Assembly (NCBI GenBank): GCA_051362555.1
Contig: CM120641.1
Location: forward strand, 42,724,401-42,788,400
Length of the DNA: 64,000 nt
Reading direction: 5' to 3'
Source: Lingula anatina
Taxonomy: Eukaryota; Animalia; Brachiopoda
Translations under genes and position numbers: made by a program
The notes under the pieces: model-generated
The model's input: only the letters and a program-made list of their open reading frames with translations
Databases searched by the model: none
Told to the model about the DNA's origin: nothing
Shown: positions 35,817 through 55,139 of the stretch, piece by piece
Position numbering within the stretch: the stretch's first letter is position 1
Layout: every line of letters begins with the position of its first letter

Positions 35817-36677
35817 GTAAGTTTACTGTAGGTAGTTCATACTTACCTATTACTTTCTGAATTATGTAGTGTAAAGCATATTATCTTCTGTAGACGCGAT
35901 ATTAACGGTGCTAAGTTGTCTAATTCGCCTACTGTATTTGACGCAGCGTTGAGTTTTCAACCGTTTTGTTCAGCTTTTTTTTTCTAGAAGAAACACGATT
36001 TTGCTATCCAAATGTTTTGCAGTGGCGGAAGCTGCTCGAAGTGAAATCAATTTGGATAATTCATGGCTCATGTATAACACTGATGTATGGTTTGGTTTCT
36101 GAGACAAGAAATATATATCATATGAACGTTATCAGTATCAAGTTTCTTAAATACAGTATGCTCATGTGACATTGACTCATATATTCTAGTATGGTGGTTT
36201 TGACATAAAATAAGTAGATTTTCTGTTGCCATCAGCTTGGATTGAAAAAAAATGACCCCTTTTCACTGTTGCATTTGTAAATGGTGCTGTTTTTCCTAGC
36301 ATCGTACATGTACAGTACAGGCACTGGAGAATAAGTAAAATCAGAAGTTGTTTATGGTTTCTGATCTCATATATACTGTTTCTGCTAACACATCAAAGCA
36401 AATGGTTCAAAAAGTGTAATATGACGACCAGCTACTGTGATGAGTAGCTTTCAAATCTGGATTTACCTCTCATCTCCTCAACTCACACTTTTAATGCCAA
36501 ACAGTTTTCCTGTTGCCAAGCTGTGAATAGTGCTCATCTGCTTGTCTGTCAGAAATTGCATGGTTTAATCTGTCAAAATTATTATGCACTTGAAGTTTTA
36601 ATTTGCTTGATTATTTTCTTAACTACTGCATTTATAAGCAACGGTGTCCTTCTCACTGGAAGATAAACCAGCAGCTT

Positions 36678-36857
36678 CAGGCCCTTGGCCAGGGGGGGGG
36701 GGGGGGGTTCGGGGGTTCAAAAGAACCGCCCTTTTTGCTGGGAAAAGGTCCACTCTGGGTAAAATTTGATCTATGTACTTAAGGATTTTATGGTCAAAGG
36801 TGCACTTTTTCAGAAAACAACCCCCCCCCCCCTCTGAAATTGCTGGCTACGGACCTG
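36678..36857. mobile_element. 180-bp MITE with imperfect 15-bp TIRs and a 5-bp TSD (hAT-like CAGG...CCTG termini)
   Basis: caggcccttggccag ... ctggctacggacctg, with internal poly-G and poly-C runs, and agctt on both flanks. Confidence 0.8.
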
Positions 36858-37422
36858 AGCTTCCCAAATACAATTGAATCATGTCAATAACACTTTTAGT
36901 TTTGTCAAGGTCTACTTTGAAGCTTTTCTATTCTTAAATGTATGCAATAGTTTGGATTGAAATTTGGCACATAAATTCCTTATATGATATTGCAAAATTT
37001 GACAGCTTTAGCCACCATAGTTTGTGTGCAGTGTATGTTCAAATTTGAATATAGGCCCATTTCGTTTATTTCATGAAGGAGAGTTTACTGCATCTTGTGT
37101 ATATGAAGAATTATAAAATTCCTTTCAGTTGTCAGTCTGAATAAATTAGGTCAGGAGTTCTTTGGAATGTATCTTTTTCTGTTTCAGCACTATGAAATGG
37201 ACAGATCACACTGACAGTGAATAATTCTGGTCACTGACTGCAATGAAATGATGCCATCCACTTCTTTTTACATCTAACACGGAGCACATTGTATGATACT
37301 CCTATCACACTGTCACATCTAACGCAATGACAAACACAAGACATTGTCTCATCTGATGCAATGCTTAAGAATGAGACATACTAGACACTGACACAACGAG
37401 CACAGTGAACAACTTGATACCA

Positions 37423-39068
37423 ATGACTCAGCAAAATTCATTTAGCATCCAGAGGGAGGTGCAGATGAGGTTTCTTAGTCCCAGTGATATCGATGATATA
37501 AAGAAGCTTTGTGCAGATTGGTTTCCCATTGAGTGAGTATGAGAATTCTTGCATATCTTATTAGTTGGTCAGATGATTTGGTTTAATCAAATGTACATTT
37601 GATATTTTTCTACTTTTCACAAATGTTCTAATGTTTTGAATAATACAAAGAAAAGGAAATGTGTGGGCCGTTATATGTGCACTTACAGTGTATTTTTCTC
37701 GCGTATCATTTCAGCTATCCAGAGAACTGGTTCAAGGACATCACCTCCAACACCAAGTTCTTCTCTCTGGCAGCAACTTTCAATGGGCAGATTATTGGAA
37801 TGATTGTAGCTGACATAAAACCTAGGAGCACATGCAATAAGGAGGTGGGTTAAATAGCATTCCCTTAGTGACAATTCCAGGGATTTTATATAGTCATGTG
37901 GAAACAAAAATTCACTTTTGCTCGTTTTTTATGCCGAAGAAAATTAGGGAAACCTATTCCTTTTTTTTTTAGGACAGTGATCTCCTTGCTTCCCACTATC
38001 CTGCCAATATACAGGTGGCTTATATTCTCAGCTTAGGAGTGGTGAGAGACTTCAGGAATCATGGAATAGGTAAGTGTATAGTTGAATGGCTTTATCTCTA
38101 ATCTTAGATATTAATCTAAATACTACGAAAAAAAATTAAATTTCTGTAAGTGAAATAAAATTAAAATTTAATAAATATCCAAAATTTTGGTCATCACAGT
38201 TTTTCTCTTCGATATAAAATCTGTTCATAGATATATGATAATTATGATCAAAGGATATCTATAAATTCTCATTATCATTCCAGCCTCCCTACTTCTGGAA
38301 ACACTACTCCAACACTTAACAACGAGTGAGCGCCAAAATTGTAAAGCTGTCTATCTTCATGTACTCACAGCTAATGCCACAGCTATCAGGTTCTATGAGA
38401 GGCGCAACTTTAAGCTCCACAGTTTTTTACCATATTATTATTCCATAAAGGGGTCCCCCAGTGATGGGTATACATATGTTCTGTATATCAATGGTGGAGA
38501 ACCTCCCTGGACTGCCTTATATCCTTTTAGTGGAGGTGAAAATAATGAATGTGGCTTATATCTATATAAGCTGATATGGTTTTGTGTGTTTGTAATGTGG
38601 TCAGTGTGATGTTGTGGTGCTTTTGTTGCTAAAGTATTAGTTTTTACCACTTCAGTATTTGGGCATGGTAGTGACAGTGTGGTAGGTGTGACTGCAATTG
38701 TGCAGGGTATGAGAGCATTTCATTTATGAGGTGTTACATTTATTATATTGCAAACATTGTGATATTGCAAACATTAAGTTATCAGGATTTTTTATTTACA
38801 TATTTTTTCTCTCAACATTAAAAATAGCATCTACAAAGATGCTTTAAATGAGATGATAGGATGACTAAATTTACAATAGGAAATATATTTACCTTAACAT
38901 CTTTTCACTGACTATTTGCGCAATGTTGGCCATTTCTGCAGTAGCCTGGTCCAAGTCCAAGTTTGTGCAATTCCACAACGCCTCTTTCATCATCTGAGGA
39001 GCTGGGTGAAGAAAGTAGTTCTAGGCTCCCCGGATTCTGACATCAGGCAGTTTACACATCACAGCTGA
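37423..39068 (+). CDS. NAA60: N-alpha-acetyltransferase 60 (NatF), exons 37423-37532, 37715-37844, 37973-38069, 38284-38518, 38909-39068
   Basis: LCADWFPIDYPENWFKDITSN.KFFSLAAT, AYILSLGVVRDFRNHGI, KAVYLHVLT.N..AI.FYE.R.F and TYVLYINGG.PPWT, all colinear with NAA60. Confidence 0.95.
38519..38908 (+). other. U12-type (minor spliceosome) AT-AC intron in NAA60
   Basis: 5' site |ATATCCTTTT, branch site ttaccttaac (38889-38898) and 3' end cac|. Splicing restores ...PPWTAFDYL.... Confidence 0.93.
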
Positions 39069-40712
39069 CAAACTTCCGCAGTGGAGATCATTTGAAATCT
39101 TGGCTGTTTGTTGTGGCTTTGTGCATTTACAATGTATCTTATGACCATCAAGATAAAAAAAGCCAAAAGAATAAGGAATTGATTCCCAAGCATCACCAAT
39201 TGAATAGAATCTTTTTAAGTTGATAATTTGGTTGAAGAGTGCCATATGTTTTCAGTTCAGTACGCAAGTCCATTTTAACAAACACCAGGGCCTGTACTTA
39301 ATGCTGGTGACAGTCATCTGACATACAGTGTCATACAGTACGTATACGCACAATGAAATATAAGAACCTACAATGCTGTACTAAATGGTGCTCCTGTCAC
39401 ATATCAGGATGTCCAAATGGCCACAAGCTAGGGGTGTGTCTTTACACAAATCTATGTGGAGCTCATTGTAACATTCTTGTTAAGAATTGAGATTCTTTTC
39501 TGATCATGTTCAGGAGACTTGTACTCATTATGTGGTATATCAGCACATCTCTTGACAAAATTGAATTGAATGTACATGTTGTGGTAACTGCACAATTCTT
39601 AAAGCTTGGGATTTTTATTTGTTACATTATACCTCCTGAGTTGAGCTACACAAACATATATTTACTTCGGTCAAATTTCTACAGTGATAAAAGAGTTGAT
39701 AACAATCAGTTAGTTTTCATATCTGTAGCCAAAGAGACTTATCTTGAATATTTGAGTCAAAAATTATGTTTAAGCTCTTATCATGTATGGTAAAGAATGC
39801 CATAGAGGGCAAAAATGTGGGGAAGGAGTTGAGAATATCATTACTAGCATATACTGTTGTTTACCTATTGCTTTCCTTACATACAGAACACATACAGGTA
39901 ATGATTTGCAATTCGATTTAGACATGTACAACTCAGGATTTCCATAATATTGCTACTCTACAGGGTAAAAAAGAAGCTACAAATTCTATAGCCCGAGAGA
40001 ATATTGTACATACTGTAATGAGAGAGAAAGACGTAGAGGGTTTGAACATTTTTATGTTATTGTAGTTGGACTGAAGTGTAAATTATTCTAAATATTAATT
40101 TGTGCTTCCACATCTTAATAACTGAATTGTCTTTTGACAGCTGTGATATGTATTATATTGTTAGAGATGTGGGTGTTTTACATGTTGTATGTAAAGTGTT
40201 GAACAGTTGCATATATAGCAATGTTTGTATGTAAATGTACAAGATAATTTTGTATACAGAATGTGTAATTATACGAGTGATAAACGGGATTCTTGCAGAT
40301 ATGTCTTTACATCATTGAATACATATCCATGAATTGCTAGTCATTCTTTATTTAAAATCCAGTTCTGAGACTTGATTTCATATTCTCAATTTTTTTTGAC
40401 CAATAAAATGTTTAACTGACACCTACTTAAAATTTCAGATCACAACTTACATTTAATTTTTAAATGAATACAACAAATTTGAATGAACAACGAAGAAAAT
40501 AGCATTCACTTTAAGAGTTCAGTTAGGAGTCTGTTTAAGGAAAAAGGGCATTTGGGTCCATAAGTTTTTAAGTAAAATCTCTAACAGTTGGTAATAAAAG
40601 GGCTATGTAAGGTCCTTGGTAACCCAGTAAGTGTCACATAGGCTCCTGGTACCATGGAAGTGTTATACAATGCCTGTGGTGTCTATGTCCCTACTAATAT
40701 ATGTAAAAACGC

Positions 40713-47018
<6,306 letters not shown>

Positions 47019-47387
47019 ATTTGGAAGACGCTACTTGAACCTTTTCCGTGTTAACAAACTAGCACACATGTGGACTATTCTTCTGTGAAAAGAGGTAGAA
47101 TAAATAACGGGAAACTCAGGAAACAGAGAACAGTTGGATCGCAGTGAAATAAAAAAAAACATAAGCTAATGTGTTTTAGAAAGTGAACATACAGATCATT
47201 AAAATCATTTTAAATTATTCAGCATAAAACTGGTATAGTGTATCAACTGAATTATCCTAACGAAGAACTATTTTTTTCCACGCGTGGTTTGTGTACAAAA
47301 AATAAATCTTTGTTTTAGATGTGGGCGGTGGGAAATTTGGAATATTATGATCCGTTTGCCTAAGAACAGTGGCGTTATTTTTATGAA
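47019..47387. promoter_or_regulatory. Probable bidirectional promoter of REXO5/ERI2
   Basis: Only ~370 bp separate the divergent ATGs. There is a GC-box-like gtgggcggtgg at ~47321 and a palindrome ccacgcgtgg at 47278-47287. Confidence 0.6.
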
Positions 47388-49443
47388 ATGATGAGCACAA
47401 AGGCTTTAGCAAGGTAAGAATTTTGAGACTCATATCTAAAAACTCAACTAAAACCTAGCCAAAAACTGCATTGTGAATGCATAAATTACAGATCTACTCG
47501 TGAAAATTATATACAGTATAAATTTCCAACTAAAAATCTTGGAAAGTTTTCACTTTTTCGTTGATGTTTTTTTCATCTCGAGTTTGTTGGAATGATTTTG
47601 CCCGTACTTATGCATTTTCTCCAAACGTATAGCACTTGTAAGTTAATAATTTTCGATATTCTACTCACTGTAGAAGCACTTTTTCTGTTGAAAAAGTATT
47701 GTAAATAGGCATTATTACTCACAGAATTTACAGTATGTTTATTTACAAATGGGGTATGTGATAAAAATGGTTGATATGTTATCACTGTACATGCAAAATT
47801 ACTAAAAGACATTTAACATTTTCATATCTTTTAGAGAACTTGGTCTTTTGAGAAAAAGATCATACTCACAGATTTCTGAAGAGAGAAAAATACATAAAAA
47901 TAGCAGTAAGTATTTTTTACAGCCATTGGAGTTGTTGAAGAAAGTTTTTTTGTGGACAGAATAAGAATCACCAAAATGGGTAGCATTTTGATAAGAAAAG
48001 TATATGGACTTTTTGGCAATAAGCAGGGAGGCTGATGGAGTAAAAAATCAATCTTTGCAATTAAGAGATTGATAGAATGAATCAAAAGACTGGATTACTG
48101 TTAGTTCACCTCAAGAAGGAAATAATGATAAGGATCAGAAAACACTAACAAATGGCAAACTGAGCATAATAGATTTAAATACTAGTAACAAAAAAGACAG
48201 ATATTGTTACTTTTCTTTTGTAATTTTTTTTCAGAGCAACAGTTTTCACATTTGATTGTAATTGATTTTGAATCAACTTGCTGGGAAAAAAAGATTGGCA
48301 GGCCACAAGAAATCAGTAAGCTTTGTTTCTTATTTGACCTATATTCTTTCGTATTGGGAACATTTAGCAAAAGAACCATTCATTCGTATCTTGTAAGCCA
48401 CCTAGCCAGGAATACTAAAAGTTTGTGTATTATAGGGACTTGTAGGACATGATAATTTGCTACCTAGTAATACATTAGCCTTTAAATTTTTAGCTATTGC
48501 TTAATAAGTATATTTTAATTACCCTCTATATTTTGATACTATATTATATGTCTTATGCACTGTTGATTTTTGTCACAGTTGAGTTCCCAGCTGTACTGAT
48601 GAACACAAATAATGGAGAAGTAGAGTCTGAATTTCACCACTATGTGCAGCCCAGTGAAAACCCAATGCTGAGTGAGTTCTGTAAAAAGCTAACTGGGATC
48701 AGCCAGGTATGGAGACTTGGTATATCACATTTTATAATGGCTGTTATTGTTTGTGACTCACTCTAGGAAAGTAAATTTCATTTTAAATATTTTTTTTTTT
48801 TTTTTTTTGCCAAATTTATCAGCGATTTGGTGGAACATTTTGATTGGGCGAAACTTATCCAGCACTTGGTGAAAAAGAACTTTTAACAAAGAGTGTACCC
48901 ACTGTGTGATGTCATTATCACAAGTAGAACTTCAGGTGTTTTACATTACTTCTTGCTGAAAGTAGATAAATCTGAAGAGTAAAATGGTTGGGCAATATAC
49001 AGAATAACCTTATCATATGATTATGTTCTTGTTACTTGAATGTTTTGAGAATTTTTGGGAAACTTGAATGTTGTAAGTAAGTCTAATTATTTCACTAAAC
49101 ACCTTTCAGGAACAAGTGGAAGAGGGAATACCATTATCACTGTGCTTGAGCAAGTTTAACACTTGGATCAAAAATATTAGCCAGGAAAGGAAATTAGTCT
49201 TTGAACAATCTGTCAGTGAAGGCCAGAACTTGTGTACAATTGTTACTTGGTCAGGTAATCTGTAAAATCTGTAATCTGTAAAATGCTTCAGATATTGTAT
49301 GATTACTTATAGCCATGTCTGTTTAAAACATTTAATTTATTTTTTGAAATGTGAGTTACATTACATTAAAGCAGCAATTTAATTACTAGTATATACTTTT
49401 TAAATCTGAGACATTTAGTCACACACGCATTCACGCACACATG

Positions 49444-49493
<50 letters not shown>

Positions 49494-52285
49494 AAAAAAA
49501 ACTTGTTAATTTAATCAAATTGCGATAGAAAACACAGACAAGATGGGATAACTGGTCCCTGTGAAAACATTGAACATTTTTCCTTCCATATTTCAGATTG
49601 GGACCTTGGTGTGTGCCTGCTATATGAATGCAGAAGAAAACAAATAAGAAAGCCAGCAGCTCTCAATTCTTGGATTGATCTCCGGGCAACTTATAGGGTA
49701 AATATTGTTTCTAGGCAACACACATTCTGATTATTGTCTCCAAGCAACATAAACAATAATTATTGGCTCCAGGCAATACACATGGTTTATATTGTCCCTT
49801 GGCAATACACAGGGTTAATATCATTGCTTGGTAATATACAATGTAAATATTGTCTCTGGGCTACACAGTGTAAAAAGTGTCATTGTCACATGAAAGATAC
49901 TGATCTGCTCAATACTGTGCCTGCCCAGTCTCAGTGAGTAGGTTAACAGTTAAACTTCACTGTGAAATGCACTTTTTGACTGTGTAAAGAAAATATTTTT
50001 TACATTCTCATGTTATCTAATAATGTTGTGCTTAATTAATAACTAAATAATAAATGTCTTGAGCAAGTGATGAAATCTTAATTCCAGAAATTCTACGATC
50101 GTCGCCCTCAAGGCCTCAATGGTGCACTCCAAGATGTCGGAATTGAGTTTGAGGGGAGAGAACATTCTGGTACAATAGCTTTGTATTTTACTTTTGCTAT
50201 TATTTCTAACCTTTTAAAAGAAAGAATTGGATAATTTTTTTGGAAAGAATATTGTATGAAAGTCATTCTCATCACAATCTACACAAAGTCTTACATTCAA
50301 TTTGGTATTCAGACAACTTGCTGAACTAAACATCAAATTTACTGTCAAATTGGAACTTTAAACAATAATACAACATTTTCTCAACTAATATGTACATAGA
50401 TGGGACAGTGTGATTGTCACATTTAAAACACTCATTCATAGCACAATGGTATTCATCAGCGAATCATTGCAGTACATTCATAAATTTGCTTATATTTAAT
50501 ATAGGTCTGGATGATGCCCGTAACACAGCCAAGCTGGCTTGGAGAATGATACGTGATGGTTGTGTGTTGAATGTCACAAAGAGTTTGAATGGGGTAAGGA
50601 GGCCCTTTAATTCTTACAGCTGACAACTGGTCACTGTTGTAGACAGTGTTTGGAGTTAAAGTGCAGGTTTGCCCAAGCCTTGACTGGACTGGCCTGGCCT
50701 GAAGTTAATGATGGTGACATGGGACAACTGAGTTGCTTCTTTGGCTAGTAATGGAGATTTCTTATCCAGCTCATGGGGCTTAAACTGGCACTTTTACAAG
50801 AGCTTAAAATGTCTCGGTGCAATGACTGCCAAAGCATGTCATTACTGCCCTTCAGTGCCACAATTTTATCAGACAATTCATAGTGAAATCAAGGCCTATG
50901 TCAAACACATATGTCAAACATTTTTTACAAGTCGGCCTCGTGAGTGCTTAATATATTCTGTACCCACATTCAAGTGATAAAACTGAATAATTACATTGAT
51001 GAAGATTGGATTAAATTTTGATTTTCTGTATGTTTTCCATTATTAATGAGAGCAACAAGATTGTCAAGATTAACATTCTGCTGACTAATGTAAATCATTT
51101 ATACGGAAATTTGTTTCATATATTTTATGTTATGTATTTGTGATTTTTTTTATCAAAGAATATCAATGTTTTAATATATATATATATGATGTTTAACTTA
51201 TGTATTTTGTTTGTGTATTTATATTTCAAAGAATAAAATATTTTTAATGAAGTCAAAAACATTTAGTCTTTCTTTTGAGCTCACTTTCTACATTAACATT
51301 GCAGAGTGCCCAAGAAAGAAGTGAAACTATGGCAAAGATAATGAAAATCGCAACTGAGTCATCAAATGCTAAGAAGGGGCATGAACCAAATGGAGCTTGT
51401 CGTGTGGCTGGGAGCAGTGCTGAACGTTTACCAGTACAGCAGGAGTGTGGACAAGGGACTCCACACTCCTCTATTCCTGCTGTACCACAGTTGTCAGTAA
51501 CCTCCAGCAACACCGCACCCCACTCCTTGCACAACAGAGTGAGAAAGATCTTTTCAACTGACAAGACAACAAAGAGTGAGAGGACACTGCAAATAAAAGG
51601 ACCACAGAAAAGTGAATCTAGTGGGAATGTCAGTACTGTTGAGAGTGGTCTTGTGAATGTATCAAAACAATTTGAAACAGAAACAGTTAAAACATCATCT
51701 GTGAATGTGCTAAAGATTGAGTCGGTTTCCAAAGAACTAAAAACTATTGCATCACCAGTTTTTAATGAGCAAGCAAAGAAATTAACACAAACTGGACCAA
51801 GCACAATTAGCACAGTCAACGGTCATAGAAACATAAAAGCTCCCTATTACAATCAAAGTATTTCCAAACTTGGTGACTTCAAGAAACCATTCTCTAGCAT
51901 GTCTTCTAAACTTCAGGGTAATAGACCATACACACCCAGTGATAGAGGGAGTAAAATGTTCTATCACACCAAGTGCAATGTGACAGTCGGTGTCACACCT
52001 GAGGCAATGGTGAAACCTTCCAACAGTGCATATAAAACAAGTCAAAATGGCCTTGGACCATTCAGTTCAACTGGTAAAACTGTAGGTAAATGTTTACTCT
52101 CCTGGTCCTCCCATATGAAGGCCACCCCTCCCTTGTGTGATTGTGGGAGGCGAAGCAAGAGAAGGGTTGTTCAGAATCCTGGCCCCAATGAAGGAAGAGC
52201 CTTCTTTGCATGCCCTCTTGGAAGAAAAAGTTCTGGTGCAGTGAAAGAAGGCTGTAAATTTTTTAAATGGGACAGTAGGAGTTGA
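47388..52285 (+). CDS. ERI2: ERI1 exoribonuclease family member 2 (DEDDh + GRF zinc finger), exons approx. 47388-47413, 47835-47905, 48236-48315, 48579-48706, 49110-49254, 49597-49697, 50088-50169, 50505-50593, 51305-52285
   Basis: MSTKALARELGLLRKRS, LIVIDFESTCW, EFPAVL, VTWSDWDLGVCL, FEGREHSGLDDARNTA, and a C-terminal PPLCDCG...GPNEGRAFFACP...GCKFFKWD. Confidence 0.93.
49446..49500. repeat. (CA)n microsatellite followed by poly-A
   Basis: Seen directly in the sequence. Confidence 0.95.
49672..49875. repeat. Diverged 29-bp minisatellite, 7 units, straddling an ERI2 exon/intron boundary
   Basis: A ggcaac-like core occurs at 49685, 49714, 49743, 49772, 49801, 49830 and 49859. Confidence 0.85.
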
Positions 52286-52856
52286 TGACATTACATATGA
52301 TGATGTGCAAACTATATATGAATTGTTCTCTGTATTTTCAAACTGAATTGGATTCATTATTGCTGCAATATAAATCCAATTTGATACCGATCTCAGCATT
52401 TATAATTGAAAAGCTTGGGAGATATATGTGTTAAAAGTTTATTACAAAAAGTATTGATTTACATGGAGCAGATCTTTTGAAGTAATATGTATATTCAGAT
52501 GAAATATTTACAGGTATTTTTTAAATGGTTAAAATTCTAAAATGATGGCTGTATTTCATTTGAAAATAAAAAATATTTCACAAATATTTTGTACATAATA
52601 TAACCCACTTCAAGCTGAACTAAACCAGATTGAGGTCTGTCAGCTTACCTATGGGGGTCTTCTTACTTGATCTCAAACAATCGGCAACAATTTATGCACT
52701 GGTTTAAAATTATTTAAAAAATAAAACTGTCCTTCAGGCTATTAAAATGTACTTTGGGCTGGTAGAATCCACATAGTTACAGTATATAATGACAGTGTGT
52801 CCCCACATTCATAATATGTCACAGTCTGTTGATTTTGTATAATTTAATCCATGGAC

Positions 52857-55139
52857 TTAGTTTGGTTCCTCGATTATAGGTCCCTTCACCTTGGGTTTGT
52901 TAGGGTTGTTTTGAAGCAGCCAATCTGCAAGCCACACCTGGAACAATAACAAAACAGGAATAGTCTATCTGTTGCTGCTGTTGCATGTTATGTGACACCT
53001 TTAAATAAGATTGCTACACATACTAACAGTAAATTCACATTCACATATTTATTCCATAAATCCATTCAGTGAATGCATCCAATAAAATGAAGCTTGGGTC
53101 ATGAATGATTATTGAAAAATTCATCAAACTAAGAAAGCATTCAGTTTTGATGTCTTCAAACAAAATACTGGTTGCAAAAAGAAAATTGTTTGAAATAAAC
53201 ACATTTCAGTAATTAAGGCAGCTTTTTGTGCATAGTTAGATAAAAGATATAAAAAAATATTGGGATACCAGAAGTCATTTTATCTAATTTGCTACTAGTT
53301 ATCATGCTAAAACTTACCACTGGATCACTTGGTTTTTCCTTACAAAGTTGTGTAAGTCCTCTCAATAGAGTAGGGTTGACTGTGCGTGCCAGGTAGTCTT
53401 TGGCTGCCTGACCCACTGCTACAGGCTCTACAATACCTGAAATATCATTCAAAAATACATGCTATACTTCAGAATATGTTGATTTGCAATCATGCATGTT
53501 TATAAAATTTAATAATAAACAAATAATGGGCAAATATAAAAAGATAAATATAGAATGAATTACAATCTCAGTTATATCATAAGCTTATTTTAATGAAATA
53601 ATTATAAAATTTCCATGATAATTAATATGTTTGTTACTTTTATAGACTCTTTGTTTAAGGAACTGGGGGTGTGGGTGGGAGGATATCAAGAACACTGGAA
53701 AAAATGTGCACTTACTGTCTGAGAAAAAGAACCTGATCTCTCTTGCTGCATTGGAAAAGCTATCACTGCCATGGAGGGCATTTCTCTGGTCATCTGTTCC
53801 ATAAATTGCCCTTAAACTAGATGGGAAAAATACAGGGATGAAACAAAAATAAATGAAATTGATAAAGATATATATAATTACAGAACTGAGAAATAATGTT
53901 TTAGTTGACTTGAAGAAATGAAATGGAAAAAGTATTTACGAACGTTATAAGTCAGTTACAAATAAATTATAATTAGGACACTATTTTGTTTATATTTAAC
54001 ACTTCAGCATATTTATTCTGGTTTTGATTCACTAAAATTTACCCATTAGTATTTGAAATGATTCATGCAATATGCTTACCTATCTGGATGTGTTTCTCGA
54101 GCTTTTAAAGTGTTAGTTGGGCCAACTAATTCTCTCCAATAGGAAATTGCATTATCCCTTGATAAAACCAGCACAATTATTGGACCACTGCTCATGTAAG
54201 CTACTAGACTTGGAAAGAAGAGCTTCCCATAGTGCTCAGCATAGAAGTCACTGGCTTGCTCAGGGGTGAGGTGCACCCTTCTTTTCTGCAATATGAGTAC
54301 AATGTCATAAACTTACTTTAATTTGTAACAGTTTTATTTGTTTAACAGTTTATAAGGTGGATCAGAAGTTTTTTTTTTTTTTTACTGTACTGCTAAAGAT
54401 CAGATAATTAAAGTTTTTGGTAGTCATTTTCAGATGTAATGCATGTTCATGTTGCATGTTAACTATAAGGTTATTTTGCTAATGTGTACAATATTTGCTT
54501 CATGTAAACATTCACATGGTAAAATATTTGCTTAGAACTATGCAGACAATTTCATCAGTGTGGGGATATAAGGAGGGAGAAGAAAATAAAAATATATCCA
54601 TAATGTTTTTCACATTCCTTTTCTTTTTTCATTTACAGGTGATTTTTAGGAAGAGACTTGAGAAACTTTGAAATGAAATTGATATATTCTGAATGAAGGA
54701 GTTTTAAACCCCAACTTAAATGTATAGGCAGTGAAGGAAGGTAAATGTGTTTCCATAATGGATTTAAAAGAAATATCTTATTTACTTAGGCCCTAATTAT
54801 ATTTCTGTACATTTATGAAATACAATGACCAAATACAATATTTGCTGGTATTTTTGGCAACATTCACTTACTTAACAAGATTTCATATACAACAACACGG
54901 TTATTTTTATATAAAGAACACTTCAGTGTCTCATTTTGAACCTTTGCTTCATTCAGTACATATAAGAATTACTTAATTAATATGGCCTCTCACTGGCAGT
55001 GAGAGTGTGAACTTACCTGTAAAATACAAAACCCAGACCTCAGTATAATGTCTTCAATTTCATCACATTTATGGATAGCGTCTGGCTTAATAATGGCAAG
55101 AGTCTTTTCTACATATATTTGAGGTACCTCCATACCCAT
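52857..55139 (-). CDS. NME5: Nucleoside diphosphate kinase homolog 5 with C-terminal Dpy-30 domain, exons approx. 55139-55017, 54286-54081, 53816-53716, 53436-53318, 52937-52857
   Basis: QIYVEKTLAIIKPD, FYAEHYGKLFFPSLVAYMSSGP, LRAIYGTDDQRNALHGSDS, VNPTLLRGLTQLCKEKP.DP and WLADWLLQNNPNKP. The start is at 55139 or 55133. Confidence 0.95.

Noticed and set aside
49672-49875. 29-bp periodic repeat as a CRISPR array
   Set aside because: There are no spacers, the units are contiguous and diverged, and the context is a eukaryotic intron.
50620-50980. Less AT-rich intronic stretch with a 78-aa ORF in ERI2
   Set aside because: No recognisable motif, and ERI2 splices in frame from 50593 to 51305 without it. 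It may be an old repeat fragment, but this cannot be supported.
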